A stretch of 64,000 nucleotides of DNA from the human T2T-CHM13v2.0 reference genome, Homo sapiens, in the NCBI RefSeq assembly GCF_009914755.1, contig NC_060925.1, one strand, 5' to 3'. The notes under the pieces were generated by a model. It ran no database searches. It had not been told where the DNA came from and worked only from the letters and a program-made list of their open reading frames with translations. The stretch's first letter is position 1. Each line of letters opens with the position of its first letter. A program made the position numbers and the translations under genes. Shown one piece after another: positions 21,995 to 40,380 of the stretch.

Positions 21995-22325
<331 letters not shown>

Positions 22326-22921
22326 TCATGGATGCCAGATGGTGCTGGAGGCTCAACAAGACACAGCGTCACTGCCTTCAAGGCACTTGCAGTTGAAGGC
22401 ATGATGGCATCACAGTACTGCGAGACTGCAGTTCACAGCGCCCTGTGCTGAACCGCAGGGCCTACAGCGCTTAACATGTGCTATTTCACTCAGTCTTCCC
22501 TATTTCTCCATTTTCTACATAGAAATGTTGGGGAACTTGTCTGGCATCTCAAAAAATGGCCAGGCTAGGAGGGGAGCCCAGGTGTACTTGGCTCCAGCAG
22601 CCCCCGCACTCTGATTCTCCTTACCTGCCACTCTTTGGACCCATGAAGAGGGCATAGCCCCCCATTTACCCACAGAGAAGCTGGTTACTTGGCTGGGGAC
22701 TGGCAGAGCTGGGATTGGAACTCAGATCTCCATGGGGTCTCTGTGGAGCTTTCATTAATAATTTGCTGGAAAGAACATCAGTCTGAGGAGTCTGGAGTCC
22801 TGGGTTCTCTCCAGCCACTCATGTTTGGCCCAAGCTCTTAACTCTCCTGTGTCTCATTATTTTCATCTGTAAAATGGGAGTAAGATTTCATGACACAGCT
22901 GCATGACTGAATGTAAAAGTG

Positions 22922-23034
22922 CCCTGCAAAAGTCCTCGGCCTGCCCAGCTCATGATAACATCAGCACACGGGGACCCTGCAGAAGTCCTCGGCCTGCCCA
23001 GCCCATGATAGCATCAGCACACGGGGACCCTGCA
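22922..23034 (+). repeat. 53-bp tandem duplication (~2.1 copies)
   Basis: CCCTGCA(A/G)AAGTCCTCGGCCTGCCCAGC(T/C)CATGATA(A/G)CATCAGCACACGGGGA repeated at 22922, 22975, 23028. Confidence 0.92.
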
Positions 23035-23581
23035 CTTCCTGCCCTCGCCCCTGACGTCAGAGTCTGCAGGGTGGCAGAGCCAGAGGGGAGATGGATCAGA
23101 GGGTGTCAGCTCCAACCCTCACCGGATCACTGGGCTTTCCCTGCCCTCGACTGCGGATGTGCCCCCCCCGCACCCCCACCTGGGGACAGCTGCTTCCTAG
23201 GGACACACTGCTTGCCCTCTGGGGACTCTCAGAAAGGGGGAATGGGGGGAACTGCTGCTTGTCAGCCACAGTGACACAGCTGAACCTGGAAAGGGTCTCC
23301 TGTCAGCACCTCAACCCCTTGCTTGGCAAGCAGGGAAACTGAGTTCCCGACAGCTCAGGGACTTGCACATGGTCCTGGGTGAAGGAAACACAGGGCTTGA
23401 GAATCAGAAAAGCCTAACTTGTAGCTCCCTGGCTTATTAGCCGTGTGGCCTTGGGAAGTTATTTAACCCCTCTGGGCCTCCTTTTCCCCATCTGTGAGAC
23501 AGGGATAAACACGATTGTTGGAGGATGATGTAAGGGTGTGTGTCAAGCGTCCTTAGGATGGTGCCTGGCGGGTAGTCCTAA

Positions 23582-23701
<120 letters not shown>

Positions 23702-25622
23702 TGGGCACCTGAGGCGGAGTCTGCGTGGAGAGGGGCGGTGCTGCCAGCCCTAAGTGCCGTGTGGGCTCCCCCAGGGGCACGTGTGGCTCCTGCCCCCTGG
23801 CCACTGCCAAGAGAATGAAGCACCCAGTCTCGTACCATTTTGAGCCCTCCAGCACTACTTATTTTCCCCCACCTTTGCCTGCTGTTGCTGGAAGAGCTGG
23901 CTCATACCCCCAAAGGACACTTTCAGCGACAGCTATGGACAGCATGGTACCAAGGAGTTAAGTTGAGGCTTTTTCCAGCTTTCTCTGGTTCATTTGATTG
24001 CTTGATAAGGCCTCAGGATCTCAGCATTGCACAATGCCTCATGGAAGCCTTTGAGGGTATCACACAGACACCCCCACCTTCCTCCAGCCTGTGCGCACCT
24101 GCCCTCCTTGCAGCCCAGCACACCTGCAGGTGTAAGGGACGATTGGAGTTTCTTCCCAGAGAGTCTGTCCCAGAAGGACTGTGGCTTGTGTGTGTCCATC
24201 TCGCCTGTTGGCTCAGTGCTTCATCCCATTTGCAGAGCCTCAGACACGTCTTGGTGGTGAGGCTCAGTTACCCCTGGGCTTAGGCTGAGGCGGGCCCTGT
24301 GCTGGGGGTGGTAGAAAGGATGCTGCTGAGGCAGCTGGAGGAGTGGGAGTAGCTCAGAGGGGAGGGCTGTTGGATGTATGGGGAGCTGGCAGAGCAGGTG
24401 GCAGTCACTGGGACAAGGAGGGACTTGCCTCTCTTCTCATTATTGTGTCCTTTGCTTTAGTGTCAGTCCTGGACTTGTGCAGGCCTGTTTTGTGTAGATC
24501 TGTTTTGGAAGATGGCATGGTCTAGGTGGTTGAAGGATGTAGTAGAAGGATGGATGGTGGAAGGTGGGGACGTTGGTGGCTGGCTGAGGTGCATGGCCCC
24601 CACACAGGACAGCTGGAGAATGGGCCGTCCACTTGGCCTCGTTCTGCGAGGGGCTCATGGGTCTGAGAGCCCCCACCCACTAGGCTTGATTGCATCCCTG
24701 TTGTGCCCTTTAAGAGACATGTTTCCACCCCACCCCCAACCTTGTCCCAAGTGCCCTGGACTAAATTTCCTGTGCCAGTGACTGCAGTTGGCCAAGGGAC
24801 AATGTGGAAAACCCAGTGTCCATCTTTCCACCCTCCCTGATCTCCAGAACCTTCGACTGACCCCCTTGTCTTTATGCTGATGTTGAGTTTTGGGATTGTT
24901 ACTGGTTGAAGTGGGGGCAGATGCCTGTCACCAAGGTGTTGACTGTGTGAGAAAAGCAGTTTGGGTGACAAATCCTGTGTGGCACAAGTTGGATCGCTTC
25001 CTAGAAATAAGCAACACCTCTCCCAAAAAGCAGCCCACAAGGCAGGGGCCCAGCAGCCCAGCCATCACTCATCTTTGAGGAAATGAGTTGGTAGCCTCTG
25101 TGCACTGTTTGGTGGCCACATCACAGGTGATGTCCTGTTCACATACCTGCTTGTATTTAAAGCCCTCAGTCTGTCCTGTTGTGTGGGGCGAAGTGATGGA
25201 CTCTGCCAGGTGGACATGCTGTGGGTGGATGTTCCCGGCGTGTGCCGGGCCTGAATGGACAGGGGCCACTTCACAGCATGTCAGGGAAAATCACTGTCAC
25301 ACAATTCCAATGGATTTTGTGCTCTTTTTGAAAAAAAAAAATTCTTTAGCGTAAACATGAATTTTTTTTCAATGTAGCCCCTGGGGAATGAATGAAATTT
25401 TGAGCTTCTTCAATACGTAAAATTAAATTTATACCACTGAGGGAGAGACCCTTTCTGAAAGAAGTATGGCCAAAAGCACTTTAATGCTGCTGACATTGTT
25501 GTTTTTATGTTCATTTGCTGGAGCGCAAGACGTGCTGACACAGTGAGTTTTCTCTGATGTATTTAAGGTGATGTATTTGCTTGAGTTACTCCTGTATCAT
25601 TGCTCATAATATTGGAAACTAA

Positions 25623-25628
25623 AATAAA
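25623..25628 (+). terminator. MFN2 polyadenylation signal
   Basis: AATAAA at end of a ~1.9-kb repeat-free 3'UTR, with upstream TGTA motifs and downstream T/GT-rich tract. Confidence 0.85.
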
Positions 25629-27372
25629 ACCTAGTTGGAAATCCTTTGTGAGATCTGTCTTTTTGGGTTCTTGTACAAACTCCTCTTTGACATGGCCAGC
25701 TGTATTCTGAAGTGACCATAACTTTGGGGAAGTTCCCACTATAATCTGGCTCCTTATTCTTGGAAGGAATTTGATACTCTCAAAAGAACAGATGGTTTAA
25801 CTGATCTTTAAGGATCAGGAAATCGAGACTGATTTCTTTACAGATTTCTCTGTAACTCCAGACAATTTTTCACTTAAAAAGTAAATGACTCACTGTTCCA
25901 TCCTGCTTTGCCTTCTGAGAATTTGGTTGCCACTATTCTTTTTTTTTTTTTCTTTTTTGAGATGGAGTCACGCTCTGTCGCCCAGGCTGGAGTGCAGTGG
26001 CACGATCTCGGCTCACTGCAAGCTCCGCCTCCCGGGTTCAAGCAGTTCTCTGCCTCAGCCTCCCAAGCAGCTGGGATTACAGGCGCCGACCACCAGGCCT
26101 GGCTAATTTTGGTATTTTAGTAGAGACAGGGTTTCATCATCTTGGCCATACTGGTCTCAAACTCCTGACCTTGTGACCCACCTGCCTCGGTCTCCCAAAG
26201 TGCTGGCATTACAGGTGTGAGCCACCGCTTTTTTTTTTCTTTTTTTTTTAAGGGTCCTCAGGAGTAGATACAGGGGTAGTCAGTCAGTTTCCCCGCCCCT
26301 ACAGCTGTCCTCTTGGCTCTGGTGCTGCCCAGTGTCCGCCCTGCTCGCCCACAGAGGCCACAGCTCAGCTGATAGCAACCTCATCCTTCCAGATTCCCAG
26401 GCTACACACTTGGGGCATCACCCTCGAGTCCACGGTCACACGTGCTGCACCAAATCTGTCACCTGCTGTCTTCCAAGTCTGTTGACCCTGCCCAGTTTCC
26501 TCACCTCCATCATAACCATCAGCCCGGATCTAGGTTCCTGTTCCTGCCTTGTCCCCGCCTATCCTCGCCATCTTGTGGCTGTTTCAAGGCAGCAGCCAAA
26601 GACTTTCTCAGGTAACAAAAAAAAAAATGAATCATTACCTTTTTTTTTTTTGCAATCCACAAAACAAGTAGTTTCTGTCATTAACAAGATGTTATGTACA
26701 ACCCACTAAATTGTTCACGACAGCATCATCCCGGGTGATGAGCCATAGTTTGAAAAAGGGCCTTCTTGCCTTATGCAAATGCTGCTTAGTTATTCCCAGT
26801 CAAGGCCAGCCTCATTCCTGTGCTTTCTCTGACTACCTCATCTGTCCACTGGCGAATCTGAGAGGCTGGAAGTTTTAGCCCTCTGGTAACAATGTCCCTA
26901 TTTAATCACAAAAAGTAGGTAGTCAGGAATGTTCCACTGTGTCCCAAGCACTGGGGTGACAGCCCAGGCAGCTCTCTCGGAGAGCATCTGGCTTCATAAT
27001 GTGGCCTCAGAAGCAGGGCCCTCCTCGCAGATGTCAGCTAAGTTGTTCACCGTGTCCTCAAGTGGATGGTTTCCTGTGTCTAAGTGGGACTCTTAGGCTT
27101 GAGATAAGAACAGCGAACTTTGAGAGTTTAGTATGTCAGACATTTCATACGCATGAGCCCTAATCTCAAAATCCAATGGTCTATTTTCCCTAATTTCCTC
27201 AAATGAGGAAGTTCATTAATTCAGCAAAATATTTGTGCACTTACTATGTGCTAAGCATGGTTCTAAGCACTGGAGATATAGCAGTGACTAAGGTGGATAA
27301 AAATCTGCCCCTGGGGCCAGACGCGATGGCTCACGCCTGTAATCCCAACACTTTTGGGAGGTGGGCGGATCA

Positions 27373-27615
<243 letters not shown>

Positions 27616-27639
27616 TCACTCACTGATTAGTAACCTTTT

Positions 27640-29991
<2,352 letters not shown>

Positions 29992-31289
29992 TAAGTTATA
30001 TAGTTTAGGTTTCACAACTAGATCTATGATCCATTCTAGGTTAATTTTTGCATATGGGTTTCTTTTTTTTTTTTTTTAGGATGAGTGTGTGGATATCCAA
30101 TTATACCTACAACATTTGTTGAAGACACCATCTCTTCTTGTTTTCCCAAGTTTCCACACACATTATTGATAAAATAAATTTTTTTGGGGGGGGTGCTGGG
30201 TGTCGCTGGGCTGTAACTCCTTACCTCAAGCCATCTGCCCACCTCGGCATCCCAAAGCGCTGGGATTACAGGCGTGAGCCACCGCCCCGGGCCGAAGGCA
30301 TTATCCTTTCTCCACTGAATTGCACTTTCATTTTTGTCAAAAATTAATTGCTCACATATCGGAACTCTATTCTGTTGCATTGATCCATTTGTCTACCTGG
30401 ACGCCAATACCACACTTTCTTTCTTTTTTAAATTAATTTATTTATTGAGACAGGGTCTCTCAGTCAGGGTGGAGTGCAGTGGTGCAATCAAAGCTCACCA
30501 CAGCCTCAGCCTCTTGGACTCAGGTGATCCTCCCATCTCAGCCTCCCGAGTAGCTGGACTACAGGTACGTGCCTGGCTCATTTTTTGTAGAGACGGGGTT
30601 TTGCCATGTTGCCCAGGCTGGGTATCTTTTTTTTTTTTTTCTTTTTTGAGATGGAGTCTTGCGTCTTGCTCTGTCATCCAGGCTGGAGTGCAGTGGCGCG
30701 ATCTCGGTTCACTGCAATCTCTGCCTCCCTAGTAGCTGGGTTCAAGCGATTCTCCTGCCTCAGCCTCCCTAGTAGCTGGGATTACAGGCGCCGGCCACCT
30801 CGCCCGGCTAATTTTTGTATTTTTAGGTTTACTGGCGTGAGCAACCGCGGCCGGCCCCAATACTACACTTTCTTGTTTACTGTGTAGTCCTTATCTTCTG
30901 GCGCAAAGCGGGCACTCGCTAAAAACCTGAATGAAAGTATAAAGCAGGCCGGGCGCAGTGGCTCATGCCTGTAATCCCAGCATTTTGGGAGGCCGGGGCG
31001 GGCGGATCACGAGGTCAGGAGTTCGAGACCAGCCTGGCCAACATAGTGAAACCCTGTCTCTACTAAAAATACAAAAAAAAAAAAAAAAAAAAAAAGCCGG
31101 GCATGGTGGCGCTCGCCTGTAGTCCCAGCTACTCGGGAGGCTGAGGCAGGAGAATCAATCGCTTGAACTCGGGAGGCAGAGATTGTGGTGAGCCGAGATC
31201 GCGCCACTGCACTCCAGCCTGGGCAACAGAGTGAGACTCCGTCTCCAAAAAAAAAAAAAAAAAGAAAAGTATGAAACGATGAGTACAAT

Positions 31290-32230
31290 GAGTAGCCAGC
31301 CGCCTGCCCCACCTACCCCGCCGCTCCGGACTGCCGCCTGCGCCGAGCCTAGGCCGCCCAGCCTGACTGAAACTGCCGCTGCTGAACTCAGCGTATCCAG
31401 TCCCGCAGCTGACCAATCGGAGCTCGCCCTTCCGGGGCCCGCCCCATTCCAGGAATCGACCTCCGCACCGGCCTCGAAAATTGACCAATCGGTTGTGTAG
31501 CTCCGCTCTTAGTCCCGCCCCCACGCTGAAACTGACACTTCGGATCGCCGAGTAACGCTCACCAGACGTCCCGGCCCTGCCCCTCACCTGACCAATCAAG
31601 ACGGCCGGCCGAGGCCCCTGGAACGGCTCAGGCGGCTGCGGCTGCTACGGCGGCGCATGCTAGGGGATTCTGCCGGGTGAGTGCTGGGCGGCAGGACTGG
31701 GGTGGGGCGGAAGGGCTCGGCAGGAGGCCCCACGTGCATTCCCGCGAGGGGCTCGGGGGCCGCAGTGGAAAAGAAGGGTAGGCTGCATCTGCCTCTGCGG
31801 GGGTCCCGCCTCGGCGTCCGCCCGCTCGCCCTCTGTTACTTCTGCGGCCCCGGTGTTTCTGGAGCGTCGCTTTCCCGGTGTCTCCGCTCAGCTTTTCCCT
31901 TTCCAAAGCGCGGCCGGGGCCAGGGGAGGGCAAGGCCTGCTGTGCCCTTTGACCCCGTGCGAAAACGGCGACCCTCTGACTATAGGGGTGTGGCCCAGAG
32001 CCACTTGGCCAGTTAGGGGTGGGGGCCGGGATCTTTGTCCTGCGGATCAAACAGTTGGCCCCTCTGGACTGCATCTCCGTGCCCCCCGGCCCTGCGGGGT
32101 AATATACGTGTGTGGGGGAGGTTCCGGGGTAGTCGGCTACTCTGTGCTCCAGACCTTGCACCCGATCCTGAGGATCCTTGGAGGTGGGGGGCAAGGGCTG
32201 GGAGGAGGAGGCGGAGTTTTCCCAGGCTCC
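31290..32230 (+). promoter_or_regulatory. MIIP: MIIP CpG-island promoter with three TGACCAATC boxes (CCAAT at 31413, 31485, 31592) and GC boxes (~31438, ~31514)
   Basis: high CpG density, no TATA box, immediately upstream of exon 1 donor GG|gtgagt at 31676/31677. Confidence 0.88.
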
Positions 32231-32691
32231 CCCACACTTCCAGGGAAAGGCTTTCCAAGAACCCTGAACTCATGGACCCTGGAGTCAAATTTTGGTTCAG
32301 ATCTAGCCTCTTGCTAGCTGTGTGACTTGGGGCAAGTTGCTTAACTTCCCTGAGCTTTGGTTTCTTCATATGTAAAAAGAAAGTGAAGGAGGAAGGGAGG
32401 GCAGGAAAGGAGGAAGAATCCCTTTTGAAGCCTGATTTGTGTTGGACTCACCAGTTATAAAGCAAGCTTGTCCAAACCACTGCCCAGGAGGCGGAGGTTG
32501 CAGTGAGCCAAGAAAAAAAGGAAGCATGCCCTTGCCCCAGCCATTTTGGTAATAATAGACGTTTATTGAATGCTTACTGTATACCACTGTAAGCACTGTA
32601 TTAAGTAAGCACTGTACTGAGTGCTTTGTTTTTTGTATTTTGTGTGTGTGTGTGACAGTCTTGCTCTGTCACCCAGGCTGGAGTGCAGTAG

Positions 32692-33036
<345 letters not shown>

Positions 33037-33355
33037 TGACCTCAGGTGATCCTCCTGCCTCAGCCTCCCAAAGTGCTGGGATTACAGACGTGAGCCACTT
33101 GGCCTGTTTTTTGTTTTTTTTACAGTGATGCAACCATGGCTCACTGCAGCCTGGGTCTCCTGGGCTAAAGCTATCCTCCTGAGTAGCTGGGGCCACAGAC
33201 AAGTGCCACCATGGCCAGCTAATTAAATTTTTTTTTGGCCAGGCACTGTAGCTCATGCCTGTAATCCCAGCACTTTGGGAGACCGAGGCAGGCGGATCAC
33301 AAGGTCATGAGATCGAGACCATCCTGGCTAACACGGTGAAACCCCGTCTCTACTA

Positions 33356-33664
<309 letters not shown>

Positions 33665-33850
33665 TTAAATAACTTGCCTGAGGCAGTACAGTTAAAGAGT
33701 GTCGAATGGGGGTCTCTGGCACCACAGGGCACCCTACTGAGCCCCGTGTCCTGCTGTCTTGACTTCAGGTAGAAGAGCTGGGCCTGGAACCCAGCCCTGA
33801 GGACATCCTGCGGCCCAGGGGCAAGTGACACCTGCTGAGAGAGGCCCAGG

Positions 33851-33964
33851 ATGGTGGAGGCTGAGGAACTGGCACAGCTGCGGCTGCTCAATCTGGAGCT
33901 CCTGAGGCAGCTGTGGGTGGGGCAGGATGCTGTGCGGCGGTCAGTGGCCAGGGCAGCCTCGGAG
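33851..33964 (+). CDS. MIIP: MIIP exon 2 coding part
   Basis: aggATGG Kozak; MVEAEELAQ...ARAASE; GAG|gtgcgt. Confidence 0.95.
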
Positions 33965-34218
33965 GTGCGTGCCCGCCTTGGGAACCCCAGAGGAAGGGGC
34001 TACCTGACCTTCAGGCCAGCATCCAGGCTTCTGGGCTCATCTTGTTCAATACACCCATTTTACTGATGATGGGACATTGAGGGCTGGGGAGGGAAGAGAC
34101 TGGCCTTGGTCACTGCTGAGGCCGGAGCAGGATGAGGATGCTTGCCTTGGTGCCTGGCGTAGGCCCGGTGGGTAGGTTCTGGCAGCCACTCCCTGGGTGA
34201 CCCGGCCCCTCTCTCCAG

Positions 34219-34566
34219 TCAAGCCTGGAATCCAGCAGCAGCTACAACTCAGAGACTCCATCGACCCCAGAGACGTCCTCAACTTCCTTGAGCACCTCCT
34301 GCCCACGGGGCCGGTCCTCCGTGTGGGGCCCACCAGATGCCTGTCGAGGGGACCTCCGTGATGTGGCCAGATCGGGGGTGGCCTCTCTCCCACCTGCCAA
34401 ATGCCAGCACCAGGAGTCCCTGGGCCGACCGAGACCCCACTCAGCACCCTCGCTGGGCACCTCAAGCCTGAGGGACCCAGAGCCCTCAGGGAGGCTGGGT
34501 GATCCAGGACCCCAGGAGGCACAGACCCCGAGGTCCATCCTGGCTCAACAGAGCAAGCTGTCCAAG
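34219..34566 (+). CDS. MIIP: MIIP exon 3
   Basis: [18 protein letters not shown]...QQSKLSK; AAG|gtaacg. Confidence 0.95.
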
Positions 34567-34956
34567 GTAACGTGGGAGAGCGGGACATCTGCTGATGGGA
34601 GGAGCTTCCTTGGGCCTCAGTTTCCCTATCTGACACATGTGCTTGTGGGTAGCCTCCCTTGCAGAATAAGAGGCTCCTGGGAGATACTGTGAGTTGGGTC
34701 TTGCTCAGCCTAAATGCTCGCTAGGTGGTAGCTGTGAGTATCTCATACAGTGCTTTGAGAAGAGGCCAGGATTTGTTCACAGCCACACATAAAGTGGGGC
34801 CAAACGTTTCCCTTCTTGCTCTTGTGCCCTTGGCTGAGCCCTGGGCTGCAAGTCAGGGTGTAAGTTAAGACACAGTCTCTCTGTCCCTCGAATTGCGGCT
34901 TCCTCTGGGCCAGGCCTCTTGGCTTAGTCCTTGTCCCTCTGTGCTTCCTTCCTCAG

Positions 34957-35041
34957 CCCAGGGTGACCTTCTCTGAGGAGTCTGCAGTTCCTGAGAGGAG
35001 CTGGCGCCTCAGGCCATACCTGGGCTATGACTGGATTGCAG
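34957..35041 (+). CDS. MIIP: MIIP exon 4
   Basis: [28 protein letters not shown]; CAG|gtaagg. Confidence 0.95.
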
Positions 35042-35505
35042 GTAAGGCGTGCTGTTGCCCTGCACACACTTTGCCTGGGAGTGGGAGGTGGAGGCCTGGG
35101 ATCCTCCATGCTCCTGTCTGAGCCTCCACCCGGTGCTGTTGCTTGTTTCTCTGACCGTGCCATCCTCCGTGGGGAGCACCCTCTTTTTTTTTTTTTTTTT
35201 TTTTTGAGACGGAGTCTCACTCTGTCCCCCAGGCTGGAGTGCAGTAGTGCGATGTTGGCTCACAGCAACCTCCACCTCCCAGGTTCAAGTGATTCTCATC
35301 CCTTGGCCTCCCGAGTAGCTGGGATTACAGGCGAGCACCACCACGCCCGGCTAATTTTTGTATTTTAAGTAGAGATGGGGTTTCCCTGTATTGGCCAGGC
35401 TGGTCTCAAGCTACTGAGCTCAAGATATCCACCTACCTTGGTCTCCCAAAGTGCTAGGATTACGGGAGTGAGCCACCGCCCCCCACAGCCACCTTCTTTG
35501 TTTTC

Positions 35506-35556
<51 letters not shown>

Positions 35557-35558
35557 TT
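35506..35558 (+). repeat. (TTTA)n tetranucleotide, Alu-tail derived
   Basis: direct reading. Confidence 0.93.
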
Positions 35559-35598
35559 TTTGAGATAGTCTCTCGCTCTGTCGCCCAGGCTGGAGTGA

Positions 35599-35733
<135 letters not shown>

Positions 35734-35739
35734 TAGTAG

Positions 35740-35841
<102 letters not shown>

Positions 35842-35872
35842 TAAGAGAAGACAGGCCGGGCACGGTGACTCA

Positions 35873-36264
<392 letters not shown>

Positions 36265-36572
36265 TCTGAGCACCTTCTGAGCCGTATCTGCTCTCTCAAC
36301 CTCAGGCACTGAGACGGTGCATCTGTTGAATGAATGAATGAGTCCCAGCTGCCGTATGTTTGAACATTTGTTATGTGCCAGGCCCCTGCACAACTTCATA
36401 CCAATGCCAGCTCTTTTCACGTTATTGTCCAGCTCTCCCCGACAGCAACCTAACCTCAGCTGCCTTCTGGCTGGTTTCCCCCTGGCCTATGTCCCATTGC
36501 TGTCCTTTGCATGTGTATGTGTGTTTGTGTAAATACATAACATAAAATTTACCACTTTAGCATTTTTTTTGA

Positions 36573-36905
<333 letters not shown>

Positions 36906-37120
36906 TGAGCTATCATTACTACCATCCACCTCCAGAACTTTTTCATCTTCCCAAAAACTTCTCTCCCCATTAAATAATTACTCCCATTCCCCCTCCCTCC
37001 AGCCCTGGACAGTCACCATTCTACTTTCTGTCCCTATGAATTTGACTCCTCTAGGGACCTCATATAAGTGAAATCATATAGCCTTTGTTCTTTTGTACTG
37101 GCTTATTTTATTTAACATAA

Positions 37121-37606
<486 letters not shown>

Positions 37607-38036
37607 TGACTGTTGGGAATAATGCTGCTGGTGACATGGTTGTGCACTGTCACTTTTGACATAGCAGCCAGAGGGAATTTTTAAACATGGGAATCAGATC
37701 ATGTCACTCCCCTACTCAAACCTCCCCATGGGCTTTTCCCAGCACTTACTGTAAAATCCAAAATCCCTATCTAGACTTACGAGGCATGATCTGGCCTCTA
37801 CTGGCCCCATGATGTGACCTCCCGTCTTTCTTCCAGCCTCGCGGCCTCCTCCTTTTTTATTTTTATTTGTTTTCTCTGTTGCCCAGAGTCAAGTCCAGTG
37901 GTGTTATTTCTGCTCATTGCAACCTCCGCTTCCTTGGTTCAAGCAATTCTTCCTCAGCCTCCCAGGTAGCTGGGATTACAGACGTCCACTACCATGCTTG
38001 GCTTATTTTTGTATTTTTAGTAGAGACGGGGTTTCA

Positions 38037-38336
<300 letters not shown>

Positions 38337-39052
38337 TCAGGACGCTGAGGCAGGAGAATCATTTGAATCCAGGAAGTGGAGGCTGCAGTGAGCAGAGATC
38401 AAGCCACTGCACTCTAACCCGGGCGACAAAGTGAGATTCTGTCTCAAAAAACAAAGACAGGTGTACTGTGGAGTTGCTGAGAGCAACTGGTGGCGGGGAC
38501 ACAGGCCCTGCCCTTGAGTACTTCTTGAACTCTCAGCTCACTGCCCTCCTTCCTGGTTCTGGGAAAATGGAAGCGCCTGTCCCAGTACCTGCTCTTGGTC
38601 CATGCGCTCTGCTCCCCTGCCTTTGCCGAGGTGACTGTCCATGCTGCCACCTGGACCCTGGCCCTGCTCCAGCGTGCTCCGCCCCTCTGCTTCTGGCTCC
38701 TCCAGGGTTTCCTTCCTGTGATCCTCTCCCTCTCTGTCCTGCATCCTCATCCTGCCCCTTAGCATGAGCATGAACGTGCAGGAAGCATTCTGGGAGCTGG
38801 TTGTATCTCATGCTCCCTGCACCAGGCACCGCTCCGAGCTGTGCTTCCTGTTCCTCCCGCTGACTCCTTTGCCCTTCATGATAAGCTTATTAGGTAGGCA
38901 CCACCATGGTGCCCATTCACAGATGGGAAGGCTGAGGCCCGGTGAGACAGAATCTTACCAGCAGCTCACATCCAGTCGGGGTAAAGCCGCTGTCTGTTAT
39001 TTCTCATCCCGATGCCACATTCCTACCTTTAGCCCACATTTGCTTCCAGTGA

Positions 39053-39274
<222 letters not shown>

Positions 39275-40134
39275 TAAGTAGCTGGGATTACAGGCATGCA
39301 CCACTACACTCAGCTCATTTTTGTATTTTTAGCCAGAGACAGGGTTTCGCCATCTTGGCCAGTCTGGTCTGGAACTCCCGATGTCAAGTGATCTGCCCGC
39401 CTTGGCCTCCCAAAGTGCTGGGATTATAGGCATGAGCCACTGTGTCCAGCCTCCACTACTATTTCTTAAATCGGGCTTCAGCTCCCAGCATTTCATCAAC
39501 ATGGCCCTCAGTTGGGTCATCAGTGGCCTCCGTGGTGCCAACTCCCCAGCTTAGCCCTCATCCACATCTTCCTTTGAGTAGCAGGGGACACAGTGGTCAC
39601 TCCTGAAGCACTTTCTCCCCTGGACTTCCAGCCACTTGCTTCCCGGTTCTCCCCCATCTCTGTTGGTGCTCCTTCCCAGGCTTCTGGGGAAGGAAAGGTC
39701 CTTGTTCTGACTGCTACACCCCTAGGCCTGGGACTCGGTCTTCTGACTCCTCCTCTCTATCTTCCCTCTATGATCTCCCAAACGCTGAGGTGTTTGGACA
39801 CTTTCTCTACTTCTCCATTTGTATCTCTAGCCCACACCTCTCCTCCGAATTCCAGACTTGTATATCCCACTGTCTTCTCCACATCACCATGAAGTTATTA
39901 ACCTTCTGTCCGAAATCAAGGTCCTGATTTCCACTGCTGTGCTCCTCCTGCAGTCTTTCCTGTCTCCATAAATGGCAACTCCAAATACTAAATAGGTCAG
40001 GCCATAAACTTGCTGGATTTACCATCCAGCTACATCCTGATACACCCAACATAAGTTGAAAATACTGTTTAGGCCGGGTGCGGTGGCTCACGCCTGTAAT
40101 CCCAGCACTTTGGGAGGCCGAGGCAGGTGGATCA

Positions 40135-40380
<246 letters not shown>

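Noticed and set aside
26640-27200. T-tract followed by unique sequence with octamer ATGCAAAT (26773-80); possible small retrocopy or snRNA-type element
   Set aside because: No poly(A) signal, TSD, PSE or recognisable RNA sequence; cannot support a call
31628-32325. ORFs of 96-188 aa on both strands in MIIP exon 1/intron 1
   Set aside because: CpG-island composition suppresses stops; no similarity to known proteins
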